Shown here piece after piece: positions 44,048-55,127 of a DNA stretch of 64,000 nt. A model generated the notes under the pieces. It worked only from the letters and a program-made list of their open reading frames with translations. It ran no database searches and was not told where the DNA came from. A program made the position numbers and the translations under genes. The DNA lies in NCBI GenBank assembly GCA_977018835.1, contig OZ361257.1:2604001-2668000 (forward strand), written 5' to 3'. The stretch is from Minutocellus sp. GHC0000111 (lineage: Eukaryota). The number at the start of each line of letters is the position of its first letter. The first letter of the stretch is position 1.

Positions 44048-45652
44048 ATGTCGACCTCATCAAGAAGGAGGGCCCTCGTCGCCACCACCTGTGTCCTGGC
44101 GGTTGCCTCGGCAGCAGAGGAACAAATCCCAACCAGCGGCACCATTGACGAGGCACCCTCCTCGTCTTCGGAGGCCTCCTCGAGGAACCTCCGCCGACGA
44201 GGACCCCAGCATCAGCATGCGTCGTCCACAACAATAACCATTGACGACTCTGCCTTCCTCGATCCCTTTTCGGCCGCTTCGTCATCAACATCGTCGTACG
44301 GCCGGGAGGAGCTCAACTACGTCCCCGTCCCGATCCACGAGGAGGACGACCTGCGCTTCGTCGAGGACCTGCTCCACCACGGGGACGACCGCGACCTCCT
44401 CCTCACCGCCGCCTCCATTCCAGAGCAGCCCGACCGTCTGACCAACTCGGGCTCCAAGCACGGCGGCCACTACCGCGAAGACCTCAACAACGTCGACACC
44501 CCCCAGGCCACTCCCTACATCGTCAACGGCCACCGAAGCCGCATCCCCTCCTTCGTCATGACGCTCGACAACCGGTCCGGCCAAAACTTTCGGGGAGTCT
44601 GCGGCGCCACCATGATCAGCCCCACCCACGCCATCACGGCGGCGCACTGCGTGTCCAACTACTTTCCCAACGATTTGCTCGACAAGATGGATTCCGGCTA
44701 CGTCGGCCCGTACGCTCCCTGGTCGACGGCCGGACCGGGCAAGAACGAGGGGTACAACTACGACGTCCTCACCGTCAAGCGCGTCATCACCCACCCGTCC
44801 CACCGTCCCGGTCCAGGCGCCCGGCACGACGTGGCCGTCGTTGAATTCGCCGAGGCGGTCGATACCATCACGGCGTATCCCGACTTTGCACCCATGCCCC
44901 TGTGCGAGTACCAATTTGCGGACTCCGACACCGGCCGCAGGGGCACCGTCGCCGGGATGGGACAGACGTACTACGGCGGACCCAAGTCCGAGCAGCTCCT
45001 CGAGGTGGACGTCAACTACGTCCGCAATTCCGACTGCGCCGCCAAGATGTCCACCCGCTCCATGACGGTTACGGACGACATGCTGTGCTTCGGCGGCGCC
45101 TCCGATCGCAAGGACAGCTGCGGCGGCGACAGCGGGGGACCCCTGCTGGTCGACGGATGTTTGGCCGGCGTCGTCAGCTGGGGGTACAAGTGCGCCGAAC
45201 CGGGCTATCCCGGGGTGTACACGAGCATATGGCATCACTTGGATTGGATCAAGTCCGTGATTGGCAGCGATTACAGCCTGCAGGGACGGGATGGGGTGGC
45301 ACGGCATTATGGCGATAATCTGGCGTTGGCCCGGGCGCACGGGGGGGGATACGTCCCACCTCCGCCGGCACCGGTCCCAGTTCCCGTGCCCCCGCCGGCA
45401 CCGGTACCCCAACCACAGCCGCAACCACAGCCGCAAACATCCACCTCATCGTGCGGGTCCACCGTCTCCTACTCCAAGGCGGGCGTCATGAAGACCAAGC
45501 ACTGCGCCTCCAACAAGTTTGTCAAGAGCGCCGGCAACCTCTGCTCGCGCGACGTGTGGGGCCAGCCCGGACAAAAGGTGTGGGACGTCTGCTGCGCCCA
45601 GTGCTCCCCCTACCGAACCGCCGCGACGGATGCCGACGAGGGATCGATATAG
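44048..45652 (+). CDS. Secreted trypsin-like serine protease (S1) with a Pro-rich linker and a Cys-rich tail
   Basis: Signal peptide, activation site PY|IVNG, and catalytic motifs TAAHC, HDVAV, DSCGGDSGGP, GVVSWG, PGVY. Confidence 0.95.
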   Translation: MSTSSRRRALVATTCVLAVASAAEEQIPTSGTIDEAPSSSSEASSRNLRRRGPQHQHASSTTITIDDSAFLDPFSAASSSTSSYGREELNYVPVPIHEEDDLRFVEDLLHHGDDRDLLLTAASIPEQPDRLTNSGSKHGGHYREDLNNVDTPQATPYIVNGHRSRIPSFVMTLDNRSGQNFRGVCGATMISPTHAITAAHCVSNYFPNDLLDKMDSGYVGPYAPWSTAGPGKNEGYNYDVLTVKRVITHPSHRPGPGARHDVAVVEFAEAVDTITAYPDFAPMPLCEYQFADSDTGRRGTVAGMGQTYYGGPKSEQLLEVDVNYVRNSDCAAKMSTRSMTVTDDMLCFGGASDRKDSCGGDSGGPLLVDGCLAGVVSWGYKCAEPGYPGVYTSIWHHLDWIKSVIGSDYSLQGRDGVARHYGDNLALARAHGGGYVPPPPAPVPVPVPPPAPVPQPQPQPQPQTSTSSCGSTVSYSKAGVMKTKHCASNKFVKSAGNLCSRDVWGQPGQKVWDVCCAQCSPYRTAATDADEGSI

Positions 45653-45729
45653 CATAGTCTAGCACCCCTTCGTCCCCGTCAAGGCAAGATCAACGACGAC
45701 CACATCCTCAAGAGTCCACCCCCCACTAC

Positions 45730-45864
45730 TACCTGACAACCACCAAGGTCAGGGTACTCTACTCTACTACATAACAACAAGAATTCCCCCAACCCCCTGC
45801 TACTAATATGATATAAACTTAGAGAAATGGAAAACATCTTCTAGGAACGAGTGTGTACTTAATA
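45730..45864 (+). repeat. Direct repeat copy A (TpA-rich)
   Basis: Shares TACCTGACAACCACCAAGGTCAGG and CTGCTACTAAT..GAT.TAAACTTAGAGAAA...CTAGGAAC with 48086-48270. Confidence 0.85.
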
Positions 45865-46046
45865 TTAATATGCATATTAATATACAATGAATGATCGCCA
45901 GGCTGCCAATTCTCAACTCTCTTTTGCGATACTCTCTAGATCTACGTGTACCGGTAATGCATGATTTTACCGGCTTTACTCAGACACTGTGTGTGTAATG
46001 AAAAAGACATTAGCTCTACTATTTAGACTAGACTACCATGGTAGAT

Positions 46047-48085
46047 CTAACCCTCCGTCGATTTCCTCTTTGATCCACTCGATCGGGCCTTGGCCTTTGG
46101 CTTTTGAGCGTCCTCCTCGTCAACCTCCCGCTCCCATGCAGCTCCTTCGGTGGTATCTTCTGCCTCGTCCCAGCTGCTGCTCCTGTATCGCCGAGGCTTG
46201 CCAAATGGCACAGTGAATGACTGCGTGCAGTCCGAAATAACGTTCTCTTGCAAGAAACGGTCTTCGATCCAGTCCTCGAGAGGGGTGACGTAGGAGGCAT
46301 AGGTGTCCGCATCGCCTCCTGCCGATGCGGGGAGGGGTGGTTCCCCGGACAGGAACACCGGTCGCGTATCCACCCCAATGGCACGGGTTGCGAGAGGCAG
46401 ATGAGAGTCGCGACAGTCTTCCATGAAGGGGTCAAAAGTGAAGAACCACGGAAACTGCTGCATGCCATCTGGAGTGCCAATCTGACACAGCTTCCGGCGC
46501 AAGCAGCCGCGGTCGCGCTCGAGCTGCTCGTTGGCCTTGGCAGGGGACCAATCACAGTCCCACCCGTAGCGATTCTCGGGGACCTTGCCGCGCACGCATT
46601 TCGGGAGGAAGGCATTGAGGTTGGGATTTCCAGGTGGCGGGCCATCGCATGGGTCGATGCGAAGGCACGTGAGCTTGTATTTGGCACGCCACTTAACAAG
46701 ACCTTCTTCCATGGTGGCCTCGGTATCTTTCGCGAAGAAAATTGCTCCAACCGACGTAGAATGGATGCATGCGCGGACCTTAGCCAATGCTTTATCCTGC
46801 ATCTCGCGGGGAGATGGCCGAAATAGACCAATGCCGCTGTTATACTTCGATATAATTCCGGTACGCATTGGTGCGGCATGATCAAAATATGCACCAGTGT
46901 GAGACACTCGTTGCCGGAGGGCGCATCCTTCCTTGAAATAGTTGACATCGTCGCCATAGTTTGCCCGCATTCCACCATCGACAAAATAGGTGTCGCCAAG
47001 TTGGACATAATCGAAATTCTTGTGGACGCCCTTACTTTCGCAGCTTGCGACATTGCTCGCTCGCCATAAGTGCGTCTCGCGAACGCAATCGGGGCCAAGC
47101 GACATGACTTGGACCACAACTCTGTGAAGCTGGAAGAAATTAAGATCAGCTGGCACTCGAATAGTAGCCCATCCGTCGAGCGGCTCCTCGTCGTAGTCTC
47201 CTCGATTTTGATCGACGCATTCAATTTTCAACGTCAGTGCTGTCTGCTCCGGTCTATCGATTGCATTTGGTAGCACATTGGGTGCCTCAGATGCAAAGCA
47301 GCTTGGAGGAGAGGCCTCTGCCAAGACAGGGCTTATCTTTTCGATAATGGCTTCCCAGAAGAGCATAGTTTCAACTTCGTTGACATCAACCTGAAATCTT
47401 TCGATCCCTCTCAATTGCTTCTTTGGTTTATTTGCAGATGCCAGGCGCCAAGTCAATTTGGCAGCTTTGACGGATTGCTCCATAGCAGATGGTCCCCCAA
47501 TAATTTCATGGAACGCCTCGCAAATACCAGATGTTTCAGGGCTCGACGACCAGTCTTCCGTAAAGGTGTAAACCTTCCGAGGGGTGCTCATGCTTCGCAA
47601 TGCCGATCGGAGGTGAAAGAGAACCTCTTTGAGATACTTCAGTACTATCGGGTTCTGCAATTGAATGGCGTCGAAAATCTGATCAAGTGGTGTGTTGGTT
47701 CTCGTAACCATCGGCATGCCTCTAGGCTCAATACGGCGAAGAGTGAATTCTGTGCCTCCAAACCACTCTTTTAGCTCATGCTTTGGAAAGTAGTCTTTTC
47801 CTAGCAACGGTTGAATTGAAATATCGAGGCTGGTGTACATGTGTGCTTTAGTCGCAAGGAGCTCAATGTAGTAACACTTCCCGTCGGACTGGCAAGACCG
47901 ACGCAACGGTAATGGTAAGGGGAAAAGGTAGCGCCAAGATTCTTCCATTCTCCCATGACATGATTGCATGATGAATTGAACCTTGCTGCTCCAACATGCA
48001 GATTCGACGCATGCCTCGGCTGGTCCTCATGTTCGCAGTGTCGAACCAATTGCTAGCAGTTGCGGTCCCTAGTAGGCAACTCCTT
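46047..48085 (-). pseudogene. 5'-truncated/degenerate gene with a pRiA4b-ORF3 (MM3350)-like domain
   Basis: LTLKIEC...WATIRVPADLNFFQLHRVVVQVM...HLWR resembles the pRiA4b ORF3-like motif (LKI..WRRIxVP..TL..LH..IQ..M...HL). Frameshift at ~47880. An in-frame TAG lies at ~48054 and the frame runs into repeat copy B with no convincing start. Confidence 0.55.
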
Positions 48086-48270
48086 TACCTGACAACCACC
48101 AAGGTCAGGCAGGCCGGGGCAGCACGTGCTGCTGCTCTGCACACATAAAATCCACTACACACACACACAAAAACAAGAACCCCCCACCACTTCCCCCTAC
48201 TGCTACTAATGTGATGTAAACTTAGAGAAAGGAAACATTTCTAGGAACAATTTTACGACGTGCACTAATA
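48086..48270 (+). repeat. Direct repeat copy B (TpA-depleted version of 45730-45864)
   Basis: 24-bp exact match at the start and an alignable downstream block. Confidence 0.85.
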
Positions 48271-48371
48271 GGAGAGGGTTTCGGTTTGAAAAAGAGAATT
48301 TTGGGGCCATGAGGGCCTGATGATGCATAAATCCAGACATGATTCTGAGCGAACCGCAGAGATAGTGATTT

Positions 48372-48592
48372 GAATCAGCCGGGACCAACCGGTGACGTAC
48401 CAGTCGACATGCATCTCCCGCCTTGTGGCGGTCGGTCAGAGTTCCTCGATGGGCATCTCAACGACACGGCATAACAAAGTGCCGAGCTGAACGACATCGG
48501 AACGAACATAAAAAGACATGCAAGACGCGATGGGAATGATGAACTAATTCGAATCAGCCGGGACCAACCGGTGACATGCCAGTCGACATGCA
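48372..48592 (+). repeat. Two 42-bp direct repeats 179 bp apart (48372-48413; 48551-48592)
   Basis: GAATCAGCCGGGACCAACCGGTGAC[GTAC/ATGC]CAGTCGACATGCA, with 2 mismatches. Confidence 0.9.
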
Positions 48593-49526
48593 CCAGCCAA
48601 AGCAAGAATAACACGTTCCAATATGTCCAATCACCAGCACACAGCAAAGATATCGTAGCAACAACTCTAACTCGATAACTAACACAAAACACTTGTGGCT
48701 CGTCGGGTCTTTCTTGGATCCTGCTTATCTGGATCCTGACTTATCTTACTTATCTGATTTGACCTTGACATTTGCATCAGACAAGGCCGAAGTTACTGGG
48801 GCTACTGCTCTTTGCTGTGGAGTGTTTTCGCAGTGGTCCTGGTCCAGAGACTGACCGCTTCGCAGTAGATCTGACTTGAAAATAATACACAAAAACATTT
48901 CGCTTCTTGGCGATTGCATGGATAGGCAAAATTAGGAAACGATTAATATTATTTAGGAAAAAATAAAGTGTGCACCCTTCATGAACTGGCAATATTCCTC
49001 TAGCTAAAGGGTTGCTACACTCTATCTACGCATGTATCTTCAGGTAGACTAAGAAGAAATTCGACAGCAATTATTACATCAAAAATGCGCTCGTACTCCT
49101 TTTACTACGTAGTTCCGATTTCCCTTTCGAATGTCATACCCGTACCGGTATTTACGATGAATTGAAAACTCACTTTTGTTTTGTGTAGTGGAATGATCAT
49201 GTTAGTTCCGTCGGACTTGTCTCGTTTTGAATTTTCATAAGTCAAGTCAAGTGCCCAAACTTGACTCGCTGGGCGAAGCCAGCCCGTTTCTAACAACATA
49301 GAAGCTGATTTTATTGGGTAGCTCCTGAAATTATCTGATTCGTTGATTATTTAATTGATTGATTGCTTGGTTGGAACCCTTTAAACCCGGGCCGTTGAGA
49401 TAATTGTGAGGCTTTTCTACCTCTGATATTGTAACATTGATAATACTGGGTGCATGAAATGCAGCCAGCCAGAAGCTTGATGAAAGCCGGTGTAGTCTTC
49501 AAGCAAAATGACCATAAATAGGACCG

Positions 49527-51090
49527 CTAGACTTCAAAGCCTTCCTTATGTGGCTGAACGCACATGGTGTCCACCTTGTCTGCGAAGTAAAATCCAATCC
49601 TTTGTCCAAATGACATTTTCATCCATGGAATCTTGGGTCCTATCTTGCCACCCTTCTTGCTCTTCTTGGGATCGGCCTTTGGCTGCGGCGGGGTTGGTGG
49701 AATGGATGTTAGCGGCGGGGGCGGAGGTGGAAGTGATCCTTGGTATGCGAAGTCCGAAGCGCCTCCCTCAAGCATGAGGTCGTCGTTATCAAGGAGCGAC
49801 ATGCCCTCAGTCGATTGAGTTGTATTTAGCAAAGGCAATGCATCGGGCTGGTGCACAGCTTTCGGAGATGCCGCTGCAGTGCGATTATCTCCACGGAGCT
49901 TGGATACAGGATACCCCTCAATTTCGACTCGGAGCGCAAGGCTGGTGATGGCGTCCATTATATCCTTTTCCTCGACAAGATTACATTCGCTGACGAAGCC
50001 GAGGAGCTGCGACGGGGGGATGTTTGACAGGTTGATACACTTCGACACCATTGACTTGGCTAAGAGGCGTCGCTCCTGGAGGCGGTAGGCATAGTTGACA
50101 CCGCCGTCCCCGTCTCCCCCGACGAAGAGGGCGTCGGCCCAGATAATGATCGCTCGGAACATTGTGATTTCTTCTGCATGCATTTGTTGGTCGCCCTATG
50201 CACACGTTCAATCGACGTGGGAAAGAAAGGACAGATAAAGAGCGAGAGTTCGAAAAAGGAAGGATTCGAATAAGAAGTCAGAAATGTTCAGGGGGTGTTT
50301 GTGCCGCGCACACACCCAGTCAATAATATACGCGCGGACTTACAATAATCTCCTCAATTGTGCCCATCCCGAGGGCTGAAACACCTGCCTCCTGGTTCCC
50401 GTGCTCATTTTTCTTGAGGAGGGCGGCCATCGGATTGTGGCGGATGGCCTTGAGGGCAATGGCCTTGGGCTTCTCGAGTACCTGCGGGGTACGCGTATTG
50501 CTAGTATCGCCGCTGTGACGGCCTCGGGGATTGCCGGGAGTAGGAACGCTGGCGCCCAAGGAACAGCTGTACGACGAGCACTCGTCATAAATGGCGCAGG
50601 CGAGGTTGGGATGCGTCTGGACGAGGACGGTGATCTTTTGGCATAGCAGCGCGTTGAGACCGGCCAGATCAAACGCGGCGGCAGCGTCGTAGAGGCGCAC
50701 GAGCTCCCTGGCGACTCCCTCGGTGCGGGCCCTCCAGCCTTCTTCGGGGAGCTCGTTGGTGCAGCAGTACTTGACGAGCGCTTGGACGATATTGGTGGAG
50801 TAGTCCAGCTGCAGCACTTGCTGATTGAGGTTCTCCCCGGTCCGAAACAGCAGGCTCTGGAAGACAGCCGACCGGGCCGAGATGACAAAGCGAGACGCCG
50901 GGACTTGGCCGCCGTCGTTCGAAAGCAGGACGATATCCGTCAAGCCCTCCGCGCCGATTTTCGACAGGATGTCAGCCATGAGGTCATCATTATTGTTTCG
51001 GGGATTCGAGGCCGGCGGCAATTGCAATTGCGGTCCCGATTGCAGCGCCCTCATCTTGCTGATATGAGCGTTAGGGCTTCGGGGCTTCAT
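49527..51090 (-). CDS. BTB/POZ + BACK-like protein (2 exons)
   Basis: TDIVL...VPASRFVISARSAVFQSLL...ALVKYC BTB pattern. Intron 50343-50196. EEITMFRAIIIW and INLSNI in exon 2. Confidence 0.8.
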
Positions 51091-51540
51091 GGCTGACCGA
51101 GGGAGGGCAGTCGATCAGAAGTACATCCAACACAATATGATATACTTGAGTTGGTATCTGGTAGCAAGTAAAAATAAATGAAATGAGCTGAAAGCCGATT
51201 GAGAAGGAGCCGATTGAGAAAGCTGGCATGTCACGTGATGCGCCGAAATTTTACTGGCCGTGCCGGCCGGCGATTTGTGCGATTTTCTTTGTAAATAAAT
51301 CTTCATTGTGGGCGAGGTGTGGCTGACGACATCGGCGCGCGCAAGACATCATTCGGAGTATCACCGTGTCACAAAATTGCTTCGATTCAAATTCGGCCAA
51401 GCAAGCTCGCTTACACCCTCAGCCACAAGCCTTGATCGATCGAGGATACGACAGTGGCCTATCGATACATGTAACAACGGCGTAGAAACGGAACATATCA
51501 GTAACTGCACGACATACTACCGGTACGAAACAGAGTGATC

Positions 51541-53738
51541 ATGGGCCATCCCAAACCTCCCTCCCCGAAAACGCCCAAGACGGCCAACAACAGGGCCGGC
51601 AAGAGCCACAACTCCTCGGCGACGACGGCCATGACGAGTAGCAACAACAGTGCCCTCCGTGCTTTGTTCGCCAAGGCAACCGAAGAAGAGAGCGTTGCGT
51701 TTGCCAGTGGTATTAGCGGCATTAGCGGCGCGCCAACTTCGCACTCTCTGCGCCCAACCGACACGTACAGCACGGCATGCGTGCTGCTCAGCCTTGGCCG
51801 TTTCGACGATGCCCTGAAACTCGTCAAGACGTCCATGCTGGCCACCGACGAGGAGCCGACGTATCACTCCGTCCGCTCCTCGTCGGCATACAGCACGGCG
51901 AGTGAGCTGCTCGATCTTGGCAAGGTCGACGAGGCCCTCGAGCTCATCGAGGTGGCCATGATGGCCTCCCGACAGGTCTTGTCGACAGTAGCCACCACCG
52001 TCACCAGCAAACACGGCAGGGACGTCTCCTTTGAAGAAGACAAGCATCACCCTTCGCTGGCGCCGCTGTACTATCTTTATGGCACGGCCCTCCTGTCCTC
52101 CGTCGAGCAACAAGGGGACGGCACCAACGTCGATACCAGCGACGATGCCGTTATCGGCACCTTTGCCGGTAGTGCTCCTAGTAATAGTAAGAACGCGGCC
52201 AAGGATATCCAGACAGCGGTGGAGTATCTGGACACGGCCCGGGTAATCATGGAAACGCGCGGTCTAGTCACCGATAGGCAGATGGAACTGGCCGCCCGTG
52301 GAGACGAGACAAACAATGGTGCCACTAAGAGGGAAAGGTAAGACTTCCTTCTGATGTGGTCATGATTATTTTCCACGACGGGTCTCGGTTCTTCGACATT
52401 CGAGCTGGTGCTAACCTGCCATGAAATATCACATTGACCAATGTGGCAAGTCGAATTCGTCGTCCGTATTTTCGCGTTGAGCCCTAACGATCGATCGATA
52501 TTTTCCTCCCATTCTCATCTTTGCAACTCCTCTCCCACATAATATGCAGTATTAAAGGTGGCGCCCGTATCCCTACCCGAACCGCCGAGGAGGCCGTGGT
52601 CATCCAGGCCGCTCAGTTCCTTATCCTCGACCTGTCGCAGATCTACCTCCGTCTCGCCGACGCCCAAAAGGCCGCCGGCGACTACGTCGATTGCATGAAG
52701 GACTATGCCAAGGCCATGCGGCTTCGGTCTCTCGTCCTTGGACCGATGGGCGTTGTCAGCCCCTACGACCACAAGGCCGCCGATGATATCGAGAGACAGA
52801 TTGGCACCCAAGGGCTGGCCAAGGCCGCCGCCGAAGCCGAATCCGAAGCCGAAGCTGCATGGAGCAAGACAGTCGACGACTCGTTCGGAAACGATTACGA
52901 AGGTTTCGATGAAGGAACCGGTAATGTCGGATTCGTTGAAAACGCGTCGATCTTCTCGCGCGGAACACCCTCTCGACTTGACGAGGGCAAGGGTGTTGCT
53001 GCCGATAGTGGAGCGACCAGAATCCTATCCCCGGGCACAGAGGATGGGATTGCTGGCATGATTACTGCTGCAGCATCCGCCGCGGCTGACGGGGCATCGT
53101 CATTGTTCGAGCTGGTCCTAGGGGACAACAGCGACGAGTACTCGAAGCTCGTGTGCAATCATGACACGCCCCTCGCCGAAACCTTTGTGGACTTCACTGT
53201 GGACGGGGTAACTGAGCTCATGGAGGCATCTTCCCAGATGAAGTTCACGGGATTGAACCTCTTTGAGACTAAGCTCGTTGAGAAGGTGACGTTGGACAAT
53301 TGCGTATTCTTTTGGAAGATGGCCGACCAATTCAGCATGGCCGACTTGGCAGAAAAGGCAGAGCTTGTTGCTGCCGGCAACTTCCAAGTGCTAGCAAACA
53401 AAAAGCTGGCAGACTTTGCCACGATGCCTCCCGAAATGTTTATCAATATTCTCGATCGAGAGGGCCTAAATGTGGGTGGCGAAGAAGAGCGATTCCGCTC
53501 AATCATTATTTGGTGTAACGCCCAGGAGGATGAAGACATCATGAAGGCAAACCTGGTGCCGTTGATCCTGTCAGTGGATTATACCAAAATGGGCCGCGAC
53601 TTCTACCTACAGAATGTCGACAAAGAACCTCTGTTTCAAAAGTATCCCGTATGCTTCCGTGCTATTGCTATGTCATGCGTTGGGACTAGGATCAGTCCGC
53701 GAAGCCACCATAGCAATCAAAAGAAGAAGTACATGTAG
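51541..53738 (+). CDS. NASP/SHNi-TPR-like N-terminus fused to a BACK domain (2 exons)
   Basis: HPSLAPLYYLYGTALL, DIQTAVEYLDTARVI and LSQIYLRLAD...DYAKAMRLR resemble NASP TPRs. VTLDNCVFFWKMADQF...NF...FATMP...ILDREGLNV..EEERFRSIIIW is BACK-like. Intron 52338-52549 keeps frame. Confidence 0.7.
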
Positions 53739-53972
53739 TCTTGCATGTAGTGTGAAGGAGTAACCGATCTAATTGGTGCGCGATGGGCCACCGGTACTAT
53801 TATTGATACCGTTTGTGATGAATGAAATGAATTGAATTTTAAGATTAAAACTAAGAGAAGGCATGACCGTACGATCGTTTGGAATGTATTCCACCTTTAG
53901 CTACGTGGTATCGGTACAGCAGATACCCGAAGCTAACGGCATCATTGTATTAGAATTGCAGTGAAAAGTTTT

Positions 53973-55025
53973 TCAGTACTTGAACACGTCAGACTCCTCA
54001 TATCCAGCCTTCTTTAGGATTCCCTGCAATGATCCTTGTATTTTTGGTCCTTTGCTACCATCGGCAAGAGGAGGTGCTCTGGCAATCGGACCAACCCACA
54101 TATCTCTCAATCCATCGGTACCGCAAACAAATACCATGGTAGTTCCTTCATTGTCCGAGGGCGGCGGTAGTGCTTCCTTGACCATTTCCACGGATCCTCT
54201 TCCCGTGTATCCATCCCAATTCTCTGGCAGGCCTGATTTGCCGGTGAGCGAATACTTGACTGAAAATCGGTCGGGGTGCTGCTTCGCCAACTCGCCAAGC
54301 TCCTTCCTCATCAATATGTCTTCTTCATACCGATTGATACTGAGCAGCTGAATCTGTGTTTTGTCCGTAGGATCATCCAATACTATCCGAATAATTTGTA
54401 CCAGCGGAGCCACGCCGGTTCCTCCGGCGATGAGGCCGATGCGATCCCAACGTTTGGCGATTTGAGGGCTTCCGTGGACAATTCGCTCTGCTTTCAGTTT
54501 GCCATGTAAAAGATCACCCTTTTCCAAGGCACAAATTGCCGCACCGACACCCCCACCTGGCCGCGGCGGATAGGCTTTGACGAGAAGGTCAAATGTATTG
54601 GTCTCGGATGGATGGCTGGTTGGAGAATAGCTCCTCTTGAGGAGCTTGACGCTACCATCTTCTGACGTACCGTTGTGATGCACTGATATGCATGTCGGCA
54701 GCATCGGATCATCGCCAAGATGGAGCCGGTCGGACGGCAGTCCAAAACGCAGCAACCAGGAATCGTTGCTCTGCCTCCACTTGTTGAGGAGGGGGTAGGT
54801 TGGAACATTGATGTTCGGACATTGGGGAGAGGAGGAGGAGGAGGCATCGCCGGTGCTCAGACTACAGGATTGTGAGGCAGCAGTAGCAGCAGCGACAGTG
54901 CTACTGTGACCACCATTGCATAGGGCGGCGGAGGCTGCCCATACCGCCTGTAGGCGACGTCGGTGGACGTTCGACGGTGCTCTCATCATCGGCGTGCGTG
55001 GCAAGAACGGCAAGAATGAGCTCAT
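53973..55025 (-). CDS. NADH-cytochrome b5 reductase-like flavoprotein (start uncertain)
   Basis: RSYSP, FDLLVKAYP, LIAGGTGVAPLVQ, DILMRKEL, GYTGR, VFVCG and C-terminal VFKY. Confidence 0.9.
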   Translation of the reverse strand: MSSFLPFLPRTPMMRAPSNVHRRRLQAVWAASAALCNGGHSSTVAAATAASQSCSLSTGDASSSSSPQCPNINVPTYPLLNKWRQSNDSWLLRFGLPSDRLHLGDDPMLPTCISVHHNGTSEDGSVKLLKRSYSPTSHPSETNTFDLLVKAYPPRPGGGVGAAICALEKGDLLHGKLKAERIVHGSPQIAKRWDRIGLIAGGTGVAPLVQIIRIVLDDPTDKTQIQLLSINRYEEDILMRKELGELAKQHPDRFSVKYSLTGKSGLPENWDGYTGRGSVEMVKEALPPPSDNEGTTMVFVCGTDGLRDMWVGPIARAPPLADGSKGPKIQGSLQGILKKAGYEESDVFKY

Positions 55026-55127
55026 TTGCTTCGATTTGGTATGTCCGTCGTGCGCCCTGCAACAAGATGCATGGCCCATGCCCACAACACAAGGGCAGGG
55101 GGCAACGGCAAGCAGGCAACCAGCAAG

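Noticed and set aside
45730..48270. LTR retrotransposon interpretation of the direct repeats
   Set aside because: No TG...CA termini, PBS/PPT or gag/pol motifs were recognisable.
48372..48592. Repeat-spacer-repeat pattern resembling CRISPR
   Set aside because: Only two repeats, a 137-bp spacer, a eukaryotic context and no cas genes.
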